This document shows, piece after piece, positions 63,552 to 64,000 of a DNA stretch of 64,000 bases. The stretch comes from an uncultured Chloroflexia bacterium. Its GTDB lineage: Bacteria; Chloroflexota; Limnocylindria; Limnocylindrales; CSP1-4. A model generated the notes under the pieces. The model ran no database searches. It had not been told where the DNA came from and was given only the letters and a program-made list of their open reading frames with translations. Made by a program: the position numbers and the translations under genes. How positions within the stretch are numbered: position 1 is the stretch's first letter; every line of letters starts with the position of its first letter. The stretch is from NCBI GenBank assembly GCA_963766735.1, contig CAVYBU010000004.1:64001-128000 (forward strand), in the 5' to 3' direction.

Positions 63552-63971
63552 TCAGAACGAACGTCCGCGAGTCGGCCTGATCCGGATCGGGACGTTGTAG
63601 ACCGTGGCCATCTCCGCGGCCGAGTTGAACGAGGCGATGATCCGGTCGCCGTACTTGGCCAGGTAGGCGGCGTGATCCGGGACGTCCGGCGCCGTCTCGT
63701 CGATGCGGGCCTCGCCTTCGAGGACGACGACGTCCCCACCCGTGCCGTTGTCGTTGAGGTGCAGGCTGACCCGAGGGTTGTGGGCGATGTTGACGTTCCG
63801 CTTGGCCCGCCTGTCGGAGTAGATCAACGCTTCGCCATCCTCCCAGAGGAACCAGATCGGGAACGTCTGCGGCTGGCCGTCCGGCGTCACCGTCGTGAGC
63901 CAGCCGATGGTGTCGGTCTCCAGCCGCTCGAGGGCGTGACGATCGACGTCGCTGCCGGTGTCAAAGACCAC
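63552..63971 (-). CDS. PPOX-class (F420-dependent) oxidoreductase
   Basis: WLTTVTPDGQPQ..PIWF, NIAHNPRVSL, YLAKY, IRIRP. Confidence 0.82.
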   Translation of the reverse strand: MVFDTGSDVDRHALERLETDTIGWLTTVTPDGQPQTFPIWFLWEDGEALIYSDRRAKRNVNIAHNPRVSLHLNDNGTGGDVVVLEGEARIDETAPDVPDHAAYLAKYGDRIIASFNSAAEMATVYNVPIRIRPTRGRSF

Positions 63972-64000
63972 TGGTATCTCCCCTGCTCGTCAGGCCGGTG

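Overview
High-GC bacterial window. Gene content (alpha2-type GlyRS, PPOX/F420 enzyme, apparent leaderless genes) suggests Chloroflexota or a similar Terrabacteria lineage; this is inference only. In order: (1) btuFCD-cobS-cobC-cobU-cobT cobamide uptake/salvage operon behind the probable tail of a cobalamin riboswitch. (2) A ~26 kb inositol/cyclitol catabolic region (6.4-33.0 kb) with 2x iolD, 2x iolE-like, 3 Gfo/Idh/MocA dehydrogenases, a Hyi/IolI-like isomerase, iolB, iolA, a sugar ABC transporter, IclR and LacI regulators, a URO-D/MtaA-like protein and two unusual transaldolase-family genes. No iolC kinase or iolJ aldolase is present. Seven copies of a GTAATCGATTAC-like operator tie the region together, and a DUF5752-treT-otsAB trehalose cassette interrupts it. 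(3) MerR-VWA pair, M14 carboxypeptidase, DHDPS-family enzyme, SDR, NhaD/NhaA, amt remnant, small Cys/His protein, response regulator. (4) Central and redox metabolism: ppc, Zn-ADH, ppdK, fpr, nfnAB, tungsten-type AOR with rSAM/ThiF/MoaD maturation genes, glyQS, PPOX. Three single-base frameshifts look like sequencing errors. No tRNA, rRNA, CRISPR array or transposase was seen. The best candidate for a novel system is a kinase-independent, transaldolase-family-based inositol pathway, possibly extended to O-methyl inositols.
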